Below, piece by piece: positions 9,637-20,641 of a DNA stretch of 64,000 nucleotides. This DNA is from Erysipelotrichales bacterium (GTDB taxonomy: Bacteria > Bacillota_I > Bacilli_A > Acholeplasmatales > WRBM01). The translations under genes and the position numbers were made by a program. Numbering within the stretch: the first letter of the stretch is position 1; the number at the start of each line of letters is the position of its first letter. The stretch spans positions 2,616 to 66,615 of the forward strand of contig WRBM01000007.1 in NCBI GenBank assembly GCA_009784525.1. Direction: 5' to 3'. The notes below the pieces were generated by a model. That model had not been told where the DNA came from, made no database searches, and worked only from the letters and a program-made list of their open reading frames with translations.

Positions 9637-11070
9637 ATGCAAGATAAAAAATATAGATTTAGATATGCGCCAAGCCCAACAGGGTCACTTCACATAGGTG
9701 GCGCCAGAACAGCGATATTTAATTGGCTTTATGCAAGAAGCATAAATGGCGAATTTATTATCAGAGTTGAAGATACAGACGTAGAAAGAAATGTCAAAGG
9801 CGGCGAAGCATCACAATTAAATGGCCTTAAGTGGTTAGGACTTGATTATGATGAATCACCGGAAAACCCTGGAAAATATGGCCCGTATCGGCAGTTAGAA
9901 AGATTGGATATTTATAAAAAATATGCCGATATTTTAATTGAAAAGGGATTAGCCTATAAATGCTTTTGTACAAGCGATGAACTGGAAAAAGAAAGAGAAG
10001 CGCAAAAAACTTCTGGTATTGATAATATTCATTACTCGCGCAAATGTCTTGATAAACAAAATCAAGATAAGCCTTTTGCGATCCGATTTAAAGTTCCTGC
10101 TAAAGAAGCGTATGAGTTTAATGATTTGGTCAGAGGTGAATTATCATTTCAATCAGCCGATATTGGTGATTGGGTAATAATTAAAAACAATGGTATTCCT
10201 ACTTATAACTTTGCGGTTGTTATTGATGATCATCTAATGGAAATAACGCATGTTTTAAGAGGTGAAGAGCACTTACCTAATACACCAAGACAAATTATGG
10301 TTTATAGAGCCTTAAACTGGGAAACGCCGCTTTTTGGTCATATGACTTTAATTGTTAACGAAGAGAAAAAGAAGTTAAGTAAGCGAGATCCTTCAATTGT
10401 CCAGTTTATCCAACAGTATCTGGAATTAGGTTATTTGCCGGAAGCTTTATTTAATTTCATTGCCCTTTTAGGATGGAGCCCAAAAAATAATGAAGAAATA
10501 ATGACTATTGAAAGCTTTGTTAAAGAATTTGATCCAAAAAGATTGTCAAAAGCGCCTGCTTTCTTTGATACAGATAAATTACTTTATATAAATAAAGAAT
10601 ATATCAAGAAATTAGACTTAGATGATTTTACAGAACTATGTATGCCGCATTTAGTTGAAGCGGGAATCGATATCACAGATTTTGAGCATGTTAAGATGCT
10701 TTGTTCGTTATTTCAGGAAAGAACAGCTTATGGCAAACAGATAGTTTCTTTCGTGGAAGAGTTTTTTAATGATAATCGAAAACTTGATTCGGAATGTTTG
10801 GAAATTTTGCAAGAAGAAAGTAGCAAATCAGTGCTTTTAAAGTTCTCTGAAGAATTAAGTAATCTGAAAAAAATAGATGAAAGTAATGTCAGAGAAATTA
10901 TTAAAAATGTTCAATTAGAAACAAACGTTAAAGGTAAGGCTTTATTTATGCCAATTAGGGTCGCAACTACTTTTATGTTGCATGGACCAGACCTGAATAA
11001 GTCTTTAGAAATTCTTGGCAAAAAGAAAGTTCAGGCTCGTCTGAAAAAAATAATTAAAGAATTTTCATAA
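9637..11070 (+). CDS. gltX: Glutamate--tRNA ligase
   Basis: RYAPSPTGSLHIGG, KLSKR; upstream TTGAAA-17-TATAAT at 9585-9613. Confidence 0.97.
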   Translation: MQDKKYRFRYAPSPTGSLHIGGARTAIFNWLYARSINGEFIIRVEDTDVERNVKGGEASQLNGLKWLGLDYDESPENPGKYGPYRQLERLDIYKKYADILIEKGLAYKCFCTSDELEKEREAQKTSGIDNIHYSRKCLDKQNQDKPFAIRFKVPAKEAYEFNDLVRGELSFQSADIGDWVIIKNNGIPTYNFAVVIDDHLMEITHVLRGEEHLPNTPRQIMVYRALNWETPLFGHMTLIVNEEKKKLSKRDPSIVQFIQQYLELGYLPEALFNFIALLGWSPKNNEEIMTIESFVKEFDPKRLSKAPAFFDTDKLLYINKEYIKKLDLDDFTELCMPHLVEAGIDITDFEHVKMLCSLFQERTAYGKQIVSFVEEFFNDNRKLDSECLEILQEESSKSVLLKFSEELSNLKKIDESNVREIIKNVQLETNVKGKALFMPIRVATTFMLHGPDLNKSLEILGKKKVQARLKKIIKEFS

Positions 11071-11141
11071 TAAGAAAAAAGCCTTTTTGTGTAAATTAGG
11101 CTTTTATTTTACGAAAAAACAGCCACAATATTTTATGAGGC

Positions 11142-12602
11142 TTGATATTTATGAGCAAACTATGTGTCAAAGCAATTTTATTCCTTAGTGTTTATCTAAT
11201 AATTCTTTTAGTTTTTATTTTTTTCTTTCAAGTCAGATTTATATATATTTATATTGCCTCGAATCTTTTTTATATGCAATGGGGCTCACACGCAATTTTA
11301 AATAATAAAAGTTATCTTATTCCTTTTATGTCTTTTATCGTGCCACTACCTTTTTTAGGTTTTTTGGTTTTTATCCTGATTAAGCGGACGACGTTTGTTA
11401 CTAATTATCATCATTATTCAATATTAGAACCAGAGATATTTATTTATAATCAAGATATAAAAGAAGACGAAATATTTAGAAGATTACACATGATATCGGG
11501 AAAAAGTGTTAGAAAAAATGAAACAGATATAGAAGTTCTTCGTAATGGTGATGCTTTCTTTCCAAGATTATTTTCGCTAGTTGAACAAGCAGAAAAATAT
11601 ATCTTTTTAGAATTTGCGATTATTAAAACAGATAAAACAGGCAGAAGATTACTTGAATTATTGAATGAAAAAGCAAGAACTGGTGTTAAAGTTAAGATTA
11701 TTCTTGATGGAATGATAACAAGAAAAAAATTTCGCAATCAAAAATATTTAGATTCCTTGAAATTTTTAAAAATCAATATTTTTAATAAATTAAATAATGA
11801 TTATCTAAAGACGGGTGCAAATTTTAGACTTCACCGCAAACTTTGTATCGTCGATGGTAAGTTTGGTCTGGTCTGTGGCTTCAATATCGCTGATGAATAT
11901 TTATATCCTAGCCAAAAATTTCATTATTGTCGTGATAATGGAGTTTTGGTCAAAGGTATAATAATTAGCGAATTACTGGAGATATTTAAAAAAGACTGGT
12001 ATTTTATTTCAAAAGAAAAAGTTAGTGTAGAAACAGAGATTGACGAAGTTGATGGTCAAAATACTTGTATATTTTTAGAATCAGGTCCTGATGGGAATAA
12101 AAAGAAAATTAAGCACTGCTATTTAGAAATGATTAATTTTGCAAAGCGGGAAATCAGGATAGCTACACCTTATTTAGTGCCTGATGATTCTTTGATGAGG
12201 GCGCTCTTTATTGCGGTAGAGCGAGGCTGTCGAGTTAAAATACTTGTTCCTGGCAAAGCTGATAAAATCTTAGTCAATCAAGTTACTAAAGCCTATTATC
12301 CAACACTTTTAAAAGCTGGTATCGAGATTTTTGAATATAACAACGTTTTTGTCCACAGCAAAACATTAATTATTGACGACATAGTTGTTTCTGTAGGAAG
12401 TGCTAATTTTGATATGCGTAGCATGGACACAAATTTTGAATCAACTTTAGTATTTAGTGGTCCTAAAGTTAGGGAATTTTATCTTGATTTTGAGAACGAT
12501 TTATTATTATCTGACCAGATTGAATTATCGGAATATAATAAAAGTTCATTTGTTCTTAAACAGTTGCGCAGTTTTTTACGGGCTTTTTCATCTTTTTGCT
12601 GA
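11142..12602 (+). CDS. cls: Cardiolipin synthase-like phospholipase D
   Basis: Two HKD motifs (HRKLCIVD, HSKTLIID), GSANFDMRS, N-terminal TM helices. Confidence 0.85.
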   Translation: MIFMSKLCVKAILFLSVYLIILLVFIFFFQVRFIYIYIASNLFYMQWGSHAILNNKSYLIPFMSFIVPLPFLGFLVFILIKRTTFVTNYHHYSILEPEIFIYNQDIKEDEIFRRLHMISGKSVRKNETDIEVLRNGDAFFPRLFSLVEQAEKYIFLEFAIIKTDKTGRRLLELLNEKARTGVKVKIILDGMITRKKFRNQKYLDSLKFLKINIFNKLNNDYLKTGANFRLHRKLCIVDGKFGLVCGFNIADEYLYPSQKFHYCRDNGVLVKGIIISELLEIFKKDWYFISKEKVSVETEIDEVDGQNTCIFLESGPDGNKKKIKHCYLEMINFAKREIRIATPYLVPDDSLMRALFIAVERGCRVKILVPGKADKILVNQVTKAYYPTLLKAGIEIFEYNNVFVHSKTLIIDDIVVSVGSANFDMRSMDTNFESTLVFSGPKVREFYLDFENDLLLSDQIELSEYNKSSFVLKQLRSFLRAFSSFC

Positions 12603-12665
12603 TTTTTCCTTGAAAATAAGCCGAAAATGCGGTATAATATTAGAACATTGTTAGGAGAGTGTTTT

Positions 12666-14309
12666 ATGGTAAATAAACTAAAAATTCTTTTTGGAGTTTT
12701 TATAATAGTTTTTGCTTTAGCTGCTTGCCGGTCCACAGCAGAAGTAAGTGTCAGAATTGATGAGGCTAGAACCTCAGTAACGAGAAATACAATTAATTTA
12801 CGGATAGTTGTAAATGATCCACAAGCAAGAAATGACAATGTCAGTGCTATTTTAAGAGCACATTTGTTTTATGAAGACGATCGTGGCAGAGAAAGAGAAC
12901 ATTCTTCAAGAAGTCTTAATCGTACAATTATGGATCTTAGCTTTGAAGGTTTAGAACCTGATAAGGAATATAGAATGGTGATTAAAAGGACTAGTGGTGA
13001 ACACGCTGATCTGTTAGAAGAAACTTTTAGAACTATTGATCTTGGCACAGAAGAAAATCCTTTTGAAATTAGAACAATCTCTGAACTATTAGCGATTGAA
13101 GATGATCTTACTGGACATTTTCGTCTAATGAACGATTTGGATTTTAATTATCATGTTAACTTTGACCAAACAAAGATTCCTTTTAGAGCAATTGGAACAG
13201 TAAGCAGAAGATTTGCCGGAACGCTGGATGGACAAGGCTACACAATTAGAAATATTGAAAATTTTGATCTTTCTACAGCTAATGTTAGTTTAGGAATATT
13301 CGCCTCTGTCGCAACAGATGGGGTTGTAAAAAATTTAAACTTTGAGAATATAAACTTTGATACAAGAAATGACGCAGGCACGATTGTTAATCGCTCAATT
13401 GAGAACTTTGGGGTTGTTGCTGGGATAAATTTAGGGACAATCGAAAACGTTCATGTTAAAAATTTAACAGTTAATATTGGCTCAACGCGTACAAATATTT
13501 TTCTTGGTGGAATTGCCGGAAACAATGATTTTAGAATTTTAGATTCAAGCGTTGTTGATTCCACGTTTCATGTTACTAATAATCGTAATATTTTTCTAGG
13601 TAGCATTGTTGGTTTAATGACCAGAGAAGATGCAGATGGCATAAATAGACTAGGCGAAATCAACCGTGTTTTTGCGGAAAATATCAACATCAATGTTACT
13701 TCGCAAAGTGGTGAGATTTTTGTCGGAGGAATCGCAGGAGAAACTAGAGCAGATATTAGAAATTCCTTTTTTGCTGGTACAATTTGGACATTTCATACAA
13801 ATACTTCCGCTTCAAATATTACTAGTTCAATTACAGTCGGTGGAATTGTTGGTCGTTTTGGAAACGGAGCTATCGAAAATGTTTATAGTGCTGCGGATAT
13901 AAGAGCAACTGTCCGAGAAATTAGGCATGTTTATCTTGGGGGATTAGTTGGATCTTTTACTGGAGTTTTTTGTAGATTAATTGATTCTTATAGTTTAAGT
14001 AACATGGAAATAATTTTTGAAACAACTGAACAGGAAGTCGCAACTGACTATCGGATTGGAGCTATTTATGGAGCGCCTAGATTTGTTAATGAAGTAGCAG
14101 TGCAAGTACCAATTATTGGAATAGTAGAGGCATTTGAAAATGTTAATTTATTTGTTTGGGTCGGCGATACGCCAATACCAGTAACATCCGCTTCTCCAAC
14201 TGTATCTCTTAATCAATTAAATGACGTAACATTTTATACAAGTCTCCGTTTTAGTAGCGAGATTTGGAATTTAACAAATTTAAACAATGGCAGAATACGT
14301 CTAAGATAA
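12666..14309 (+). CDS. Lipoprotein with FN3-like domain and GLUG-type beta-helix repeats
   Basis: Lipobox LAAC; GTEENPFEI, FAGTLDGQGYTIRN, repeated VGGIxG; promoter TTGAAA-17-TATAAT 12610-12638. Confidence 0.75.
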   Translation: MVNKLKILFGVFIIVFALAACRSTAEVSVRIDEARTSVTRNTINLRIVVNDPQARNDNVSAILRAHLFYEDDRGREREHSSRSLNRTIMDLSFEGLEPDKEYRMVIKRTSGEHADLLEETFRTIDLGTEENPFEIRTISELLAIEDDLTGHFRLMNDLDFNYHVNFDQTKIPFRAIGTVSRRFAGTLDGQGYTIRNIENFDLSTANVSLGIFASVATDGVVKNLNFENINFDTRNDAGTIVNRSIENFGVVAGINLGTIENVHVKNLTVNIGSTRTNIFLGGIAGNNDFRILDSSVVDSTFHVTNNRNIFLGSIVGLMTREDADGINRLGEINRVFAENININVTSQSGEIFVGGIAGETRADIRNSFFAGTIWTFHTNTSASNITSSITVGGIVGRFGNGAIENVYSAADIRATVREIRHVYLGGLVGSFTGVFCRLIDSYSLSNMEIIFETTEQEVATDYRIGAIYGAPRFVNEVAVQVPIIGIVEAFENVNLFVWVGDTPIPVTSASPTVSLNQLNDVTFYTSLRFSSEIWNLTNLNNGRIRLR

Positions 14310-14371
14310 AAAATTGTTAAGGAGTTTAAGAGACTCCTTTTAATTTAATCAAAGATAAGGAGAGAATAAAA

Positions 14372-16213
14372 GTGATTTCTAAGACACGATTCATCAATTA
14401 TAGCCGCTGTCGTCGTTATTGTGCTCTTGATGAAATACACAAGAAAAAGCTTTTGGCCACTATATCTTATGAAGATTTGTTAGAAGAGGAAGCGGAAGCA
14501 AAAAAAAATGAGCTTTACATGTCGATGTATGATGAGGAAGATGAAGATCTAATCTTTAAAGCTAATGAGCAGCTAGAGGCGATGATGCCATATTATCGGA
14601 AAATTGAAATACTTGCTGGTTCAGTAATTTCTAGAAAATTTGGCAAGGATGTTATATTTAGTTTAAATACATATGATCAGAAGAAATTCGAGGCTTTTTA
14701 TGAAGATTATCGCTTTTACTGCTTTCTTGATGGCTTTTTGAAAAATGGCGATTCTTTCTCGGTCTTTGAGACTAAAGCAACGACATCAAAAAAATTCCTT
14801 AATCTTGGACCAAATATCAAGAAAGTTAAAGAGTCGATTTTTACTACAAAAATTGATGATCCACAAGTATTAGTATTAAAGGAACATTATCAGCCAGATT
14901 TACTTAATGATCAGAAATATTTTACTTTCCGACAAAAACTTTTTGATAAATTTAATGATTGCGGACAATATGTTTTTGACTTAGCGTATCAGCGTTTTGT
15001 AATTGAGCATTCTGAGAATAAGGAAAAATTTGCTTTTAAAAAAGCTAAATATTATCTTGTTGTTTTAAATAGTGAATATATTCATGATGGCAGAGTCGAT
15101 GAAGAAGGAGAACCTATTTATCAGGACGACATTGTAAGTTTCATCGATCTCACCTCTATTACAGAAGAATATCAAAGCCTGATTGTTAATGATTTTCAGG
15201 TAGTTGAAGAAAATTTAAATATCATGGATGCTTCAAGGTGTTCAGTTAGTATTGCTTGTCAGCGCAAAAAAATTAAAGAATGTCCTTTTCTTAGTATTTG
15301 TTTTGATAAATTACCAAAAGAAAACTCTATCTTTGCTTATATGGGGAGCCATCATGGTTTTGGTGCAGAAAAGTTGAGTGCCTTGGAATTATATAATCAA
15401 GGATATTATCAGGCAACGGATATTCCTCACGAGTGGTTAGCTCGCAGAAATAATATTATTCAGCGCGATTGCATAGATAATAATATTGCTTTCTTCCATC
15501 ACCAAAAAATTAAAGCAGGAATAGAAGCAATAAGATATCCGATTTATCATCTGGACTTTGAAACATTCCCTTGTCCTTTGCCTCGCTTTAAAGGTGAAAA
15601 ATGTTACTCCCAAAGCCTTTTTCAGTTTTCTTTGCATGTGGAGCATGCTCCTGGAAACTGTGATAAAGAAAAAGATCATTATAGTTTTTTAGCTAACAAT
15701 CATGAAGATTGCCGGGAAAAACTAATGAACCAACTTTGTGATTTTATTAAAGATGATAAAGGCTCTGTTCTAGTTTATAATCAAGCCTTTGAAAAAACCA
15801 GACTAAAAGAAATGGCTGAACTTTATCCGGATTTAAGAGATAAAATCCTTTCGATACGCGAACGTATTTTTGACTTGCTGGATATTGTTAAAGGCAATGC
15901 TAAGCTTTTTCAAGCTTTAGGTTTTACAGAGGATATCGCTAAAGAGATTAATTTTTATCACAATCGTTTAGACGGGTCATTTTCGATAAAAAAGGTTTTA
16001 CCAATTTTCAGTGATCTTTCTTATAAAGAACTAGTTGTGGCTAATGGTATGGATGCAGTTGCGACGTATGCTCGCTTTCCCAAGATTGAAAAAGCAGAAT
16101 TTGATAAGCTTTATCAGGCTTTAGTTGAATATTGTAAACAGGATACCTGGGCAATGGTGGAAATTTTGCAAAAATTAAAAAACATCATTGATTATTCCAA
16201 AGATTTTGTGTAA
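14372..16213 (+). CDS. DUF2779 domain protein (predicted nuclease)
   Basis: YHLDFET, FQFSLH, VYNQAFEK, SFSIKKVLP, YCKQDTWAM. Confidence 0.8.
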   Translation: MISKTRFINYSRCRRYCALDEIHKKKLLATISYEDLLEEEAEAKKNELYMSMYDEEDEDLIFKANEQLEAMMPYYRKIEILAGSVISRKFGKDVIFSLNTYDQKKFEAFYEDYRFYCFLDGFLKNGDSFSVFETKATTSKKFLNLGPNIKKVKESIFTTKIDDPQVLVLKEHYQPDLLNDQKYFTFRQKLFDKFNDCGQYVFDLAYQRFVIEHSENKEKFAFKKAKYYLVVLNSEYIHDGRVDEEGEPIYQDDIVSFIDLTSITEEYQSLIVNDFQVVEENLNIMDASRCSVSIACQRKKIKECPFLSICFDKLPKENSIFAYMGSHHGFGAEKLSALELYNQGYYQATDIPHEWLARRNNIIQRDCIDNNIAFFHHQKIKAGIEAIRYPIYHLDFETFPCPLPRFKGEKCYSQSLFQFSLHVEHAPGNCDKEKDHYSFLANNHEDCREKLMNQLCDFIKDDKGSVLVYNQAFEKTRLKEMAELYPDLRDKILSIRERIFDLLDIVKGNAKLFQALGFTEDIAKEINFYHNRLDGSFSIKKVLPIFSDLSYKELVVANGMDAVATYARFPKIEKAEFDKLYQALVEYCKQDTWAMVEILQKLKNIIDYSKDFV

Positions 16214-16308
16214 TTTTAATGAATTTGAAAGTTACTTTTGTGTATTAATAGTGTTTTTATATACAATATAAAAGATATAGTAACAAAATCTCAAGGGGGA
16301 GAAAAACT

Positions 16309-17631
16309 ATGCATATTTATAATTCCCTGACTAACCGAAAAGAAAAATTTATCGTTTTCGATCAAAAGGTTTCGATGTATGTTTGTGGGCCTACAGTTTG
16401 GAACTACATTCATATTGGTAATGCTCGTCCGGTGATTTTTTTTGATTTTGTCAGAAACTATTTTCAGTATAAAAATATTGAAGTTATATGTGCTTCAAAT
16501 ATAACGGATATTGACGATAAAATAATTAAGCGGGCTAAAGAAGAGGGCGTTAGCGAAAAAGAAATTGCAGTTAAGTACGCTAATGAATTTCTTAATGATA
16601 TTAAAGGTGTAGCTTGTAAACCATATGAATTTGTGCCTTACGCAACTGATTATCTTGCGGAAATAAGTGATATTATTTCTGAACTAATTAAAAAGGGATA
16701 TGCTTATAATGTCAATGGCGATGTTTATTTTGAAGTAAATAAGTCAACTTCCTATGGCACCTTGAGTAATCAAATTCAAGATCAGCTTAAAGAAAATGTC
16801 AGAATTAATGAAAATCCTGATAAAAAAGCACAAGAAGATTTTACGCTTTGGAAAAAAACCGAAGAAGGCATTAAATATCAAAGTCCTTTCGGTTTAGGAA
16901 GACCTGGCTGGCATACAGAATGCGTTGCGATGATCAACAAATTATTCAAGCATCAGGAAATTGATATTCATGGTGGTGGCGCTGATTTAGTTTTTCCGCA
17001 TCACGAAAATGAAATAGCACAAAGTCAAGCTTTGCATGGTCATAATATTTCTCGCTTTTTTGTTCATGTTGGCAGGCTTGATATCAATAACGAAAAAATG
17101 AGTAAATCCTTAAACAATGTTGTTTTGCTGAGAGATTTACTTAAAAGTTATCCGGCTGCCGTGATTAGGATTTTTATTTTGAACTCGCCATATCGGGCAA
17201 ATATTAATTTTAGTTATGAACTACTTGATCAGTCAGCTTTACTTCTTTCCAAAATCGACCAGGCTTATCGAAGTGCTTATCTTAAGTTAGCACTTTTAAA
17301 AGATAATGAAGTTATTTATGATAATGAGGCTATGGAAAAAATTGAAAAGCATATTGAAGATGATTTTAATCTTCCTAATGTTTTTACGGAGATTTTTGTT
17401 TTAGTCAAAAAAATAAATAATGCCTTGCGGGCAGAAGACATAAAAGCAATGAAAATGAATTATCATACATTAAAACTTGTTTTGGATATCTTAGGCATAA
17501 TAATTGAAATTCCAGAACTTAACGAAGAAGCTTTAGCAATTTATCAAGAATGGGAAAATTTGCGGAAAGCGAAAAAATTTAATGAGGCAGACCAATTAAG
17601 GACAAAACTTCAGGAAATGAAGATTCTCTGA
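16309..17631 (+). CDS. cysS: Cysteine--tRNA ligase
   Basis: YVCGPTVWNYIHIGNAR, GRPGWH, FPHHENE, KMSKS. Confidence 0.97.
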   Translation: MHIYNSLTNRKEKFIVFDQKVSMYVCGPTVWNYIHIGNARPVIFFDFVRNYFQYKNIEVICASNITDIDDKIIKRAKEEGVSEKEIAVKYANEFLNDIKGVACKPYEFVPYATDYLAEISDIISELIKKGYAYNVNGDVYFEVNKSTSYGTLSNQIQDQLKENVRINENPDKKAQEDFTLWKKTEEGIKYQSPFGLGRPGWHTECVAMINKLFKHQEIDIHGGGADLVFPHHENEIAQSQALHGHNISRFFVHVGRLDINNEKMSKSLNNVVLLRDLLKSYPAAVIRIFILNSPYRANINFSYELLDQSALLLSKIDQAYRSAYLKLALLKDNEVIYDNEAMEKIEKHIEDDFNLPNVFTEIFVLVKKINNALRAEDIKAMKMNYHTLKLVLDILGIIIEIPELNEEALAIYQEWENLRKAKKFNEADQLRTKLQEMKIL

Positions 17632-18026
17632 TGAATGCAAGGGATTTAAATGGACTAGCTTTGGCTTATATTGGTGATGCATATTATGAATTGCTGATTA
17701 GAGAGTTTTTAATTGGCCAAGGAATAACAAAAGTTAAGGAACTTCATACTAAAGCTACGCTCTTAGCTCGAAGTGATAATCAAGTCAAGTTTATAAATTA
17801 TTTTTTGACAAATAATATTCTTGAATCGATAGAAGTTGATGTTTTCAAAAAGGGACGTAATGCTAAGCCAGGTAATAATAGAAAGAAGTTGCCAAAGGAA
17901 ATACAACATAAAGCAACAGGTTTTGAAGCTTTGATTGGACACTTATATCTGGAAAACAAAAAAGAAAGAATCATGGAATTATTTACTTTAATTATTAAAT
18001 TTTTAGATTGTGAGGGAGAAGTGTGA
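17631..18026 (+). CDS. mrnC: Mini-ribonuclease III
   Basis: LAYIGDAYYEL, KKGRN, ATGFEALIG; directly follows cysS. Confidence 0.92.
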   Translation: MNARDLNGLALAYIGDAYYELLIREFLIGQGITKVKELHTKATLLARSDNQVKFINYFLTNNILESIEVDVFKKGRNAKPGNNRKKLPKEIQHKATGFEALIGHLYLENKKERIMELFTLIIKFLDCEGEV

Positions 18027-20641
18027 AAAAAGAGAATAGTACTGAACCAAAGACTAATTCACCTCGAAAAAGAAAAGCAGACGCAAAAGTTGAGCCAGTA
18101 GAAGAAAAAGCTTTTGTATCAGAAGCTGAAACGTTTGAACTTGTTAGGGATATGGAAGAATGGCCAAAAAAGGCACCTAAGGAAGTTAAAGAAAAACTAA
18201 AAGTTGTCAGAAGGGTGCCAAACATCGAAGAAGGCTTATCAACGGAAGAAGTTGAAGCGAGAATTGAAAGTGGTATGGGTAATGCCATTAAACAAGGAAG
18301 CAGTAAAACTATTTCTGGAATTATTATAGGTAATACTTTTACATTTTTCAATTTACTTAATTTTTCGATTGGCGCTTGGCTTTTAAGTGTTGGTGCATAT
18401 TTAGATATGGTCTTTTTATTGATTGTTACCTCCAATCTGATTATCGGTATTTTTCAGGAAATTAAAGCCAAAAAGACAATTGATTCGCTTTCTTTGATTT
18501 CCGCTCCCGTTGCGGTTGTTATTCGGGATAAAGAAGTTCAGGAAATTCCGATTTCTGATTTAGTATTAGACGATATCTTATTATTATCTTCTGGTAAACA
18601 GATTTGTAGTGATGCGATTGTTTTGGAAAATATTATCGAAGTAGATGAATCTTTACTGACAGGCGAATCTGATCCAGTAATTAAAAAGCCCGGTGATAAT
18701 TTATTTTCCGGAAGTTTTGTAATTTCTGGGACTTGTAAAGCGATTGTTGATAAAGTTGGTGCAGATGCATATATTCAAAAGCTTACTAGTCAAGCTAAAA
18801 AATATGTTAAGCCAAAATCAGATTTATTAAAATCGTTGAAGTTAATTATTCGGATTGTAGCGATTATAATTATTCCGATGGGTATGGCTTTATATTTCCT
18901 TCAGAATAATAATAGTTTTTTAGAACCAGCAACCCGCGAAACAATTATTAAAACTTCTGGTGCAATGATTGGTATGATTCCATCCGGATTATTTCTATTA
19001 ACAAGCATTACTTTGGCAGTTGGTTTAGTCCGACTTGGTAAAATCAATACCCTTGTTCAGGAATTGTATTGTATTGAAATGTTAGCACGCGTTAATGTTT
19101 TATGTTTAGATAAAACCGGCACTATTACAGATGGTACAATGACGGTAAACGGCCTTGTGGAATACCCAAATGAAGCAGGAATGAAGTCCGCAACAATCAT
19201 TTCAACGATGATTACAGTATTAGATGATCAAAACTTGACAAGTGTAGCACTTGAACAAAAGTTTGGAAAAAGCCGGAAAGTTAAGGCACTCAAAACCCTA
19301 TCATTTTCATCCGCACGTAAATTCAGTGCGATAGAGCTAGAGAAATACGGGGTATTTCTGATGGGAGCTCCGGAAATTATTCTAAAAGATAATTTTCATC
19401 TAGTAGAAAAAGACGTTGATAAATATGCGGCTGAAGGATTAAGAGTATTATTGCTTGCCTATTCAAAAGGTAAAATTAATAAAGATGATGTTTCGGGAGA
19501 AATATTACCAGTATCTTTAATTTTAATTGAAGATACAATTCGTAAAGAAGCGATTACGACGATAAATTATTTTAATACCCACGGTGTTAAAGTACGGGTT
19601 ATCTCTGGAGATAATCCAATGACGGTTGCTAAAGTTGCGGAAAGAGCTGGCGTTATTGATGCGGATAAATTTATTAACTTAGATGGAATGACCGATAAAG
19701 AGGTCATTAAAGCTGTTGATAAATATGCTGTTTTTGGCCGTGTTACGCCAAATCAAAAGAAATTGATTATTCAGACACTAAAGAAAAACAAGAACACGGT
19801 TGCGATGACCGGAGACGGTGTTAATGATATTTTAGCCTTAAAGGAAGCTGATTGCAGCATTGCGATGGCCTCTGGATCGGAAGCCGCTAGAAATGTCAGC
19901 CATCTGGTTTTACTAGATTCAAACTTTGCTTCATTACCTCGGGTTGTTAACGAAGGAAGACGAGTTATAAATAATGTTCAGCGCGTTTCTACTTTATTTT
20001 TGACCAAAACAATTTTCTCATTTTTGTTGGCTTTAATTGCTTTAAGCAATAATGGACGTTATCCGATATCGCCATCACAATTAATTTTAATTGACCTTTT
20101 GGTTATTGGTATACCTTCACTAGTTTTAGCTATTGAGCCAAACAACAGACAAGTTAAAGGTAAGTTTTTATTAAATGTCTTGAAGAATGCACTGCCTGGA
20201 GCTTTAACAATAGTTGTTCTGACTTTAATTATATATGCTTTAAAAGAACAGTTAGGGCTCTTTATTGTTGTTGAAGATTTAGCAGGAGGCGAAACAGTAA
20301 TTATTGATAAAACACCAACCTTAATTGTTATCTGTGCAACATTTACTTGTATGATGGTTTTAAAGAAAGTGTGTTCGCCGTTTAATATTGTCAGAAAAAT
20401 GTTATTTGGAATTATGTTTTTACTTTTTATCGTTTGTGCTTTATTTTTAGGAATGTTTTTCGACTTTCATCCATTTTGGGAAACCAACCTTAATCCACGT
20501 GAACCACTCGATTTAAAACAAATTATTTTCTTGATATGTTTAGTTCAAGCTTCGAGTTTATTGATTAAGCTTTTAAGTAATGTTGTTCCTTGGTGCCGTA
20601 AGCAGATTAATTTCTTGCTTAACAGTATAACGCAAATATGA
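18023..20641 (+). CDS. P-type ATPase (CtpE-like)
   Basis: LTGES, DKTGT, SGDNP, GDGVND; TM4 reads MIPSGL. Confidence 0.9.
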   Translation: MKKENSTEPKTNSPRKRKADAKVEPVEEKAFVSEAETFELVRDMEEWPKKAPKEVKEKLKVVRRVPNIEEGLSTEEVEARIESGMGNAIKQGSSKTISGIIIGNTFTFFNLLNFSIGAWLLSVGAYLDMVFLLIVTSNLIIGIFQEIKAKKTIDSLSLISAPVAVVIRDKEVQEIPISDLVLDDILLLSSGKQICSDAIVLENIIEVDESLLTGESDPVIKKPGDNLFSGSFVISGTCKAIVDKVGADAYIQKLTSQAKKYVKPKSDLLKSLKLIIRIVAIIIIPMGMALYFLQNNNSFLEPATRETIIKTSGAMIGMIPSGLFLLTSITLAVGLVRLGKINTLVQELYCIEMLARVNVLCLDKTGTITDGTMTVNGLVEYPNEAGMKSATIISTMITVLDDQNLTSVALEQKFGKSRKVKALKTLSFSSARKFSAIELEKYGVFLMGAPEIILKDNFHLVEKDVDKYAAEGLRVLLLAYSKGKINKDDVSGEILPVSLILIEDTIRKEAITTINYFNTHGVKVRVISGDNPMTVAKVAERAGVIDADKFINLDGMTDKEVIKAVDKYAVFGRVTPNQKKLIIQTLKKNKNTVAMTGDGVNDILALKEADCSIAMASGSEAARNVSHLVLLDSNFASLPRVVNEGRRVINNVQRVSTLFLTKTIFSFLLALIALSNNGRYPISPSQLILIDLLVIGIPSLVLAIEPNNRQVKGKFLLNVLKNALPGALTIVVLTLIIYALKEQLGLFIVVEDLAGGETVIIDKTPTLIVICATFTCMMVLKKVCSPFNIVRKMLFGIMFLLFIVCALFLGMFFDFHPFWETNLNPREPLDLKQIIFLICLVQASSLLIKLLSNVVPWCRKQINFLLNSITQI

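Noticed and set aside
16214-16308. T-box leader for cysS
   Set aside because: Intergenic region is too short and has no T-box motif
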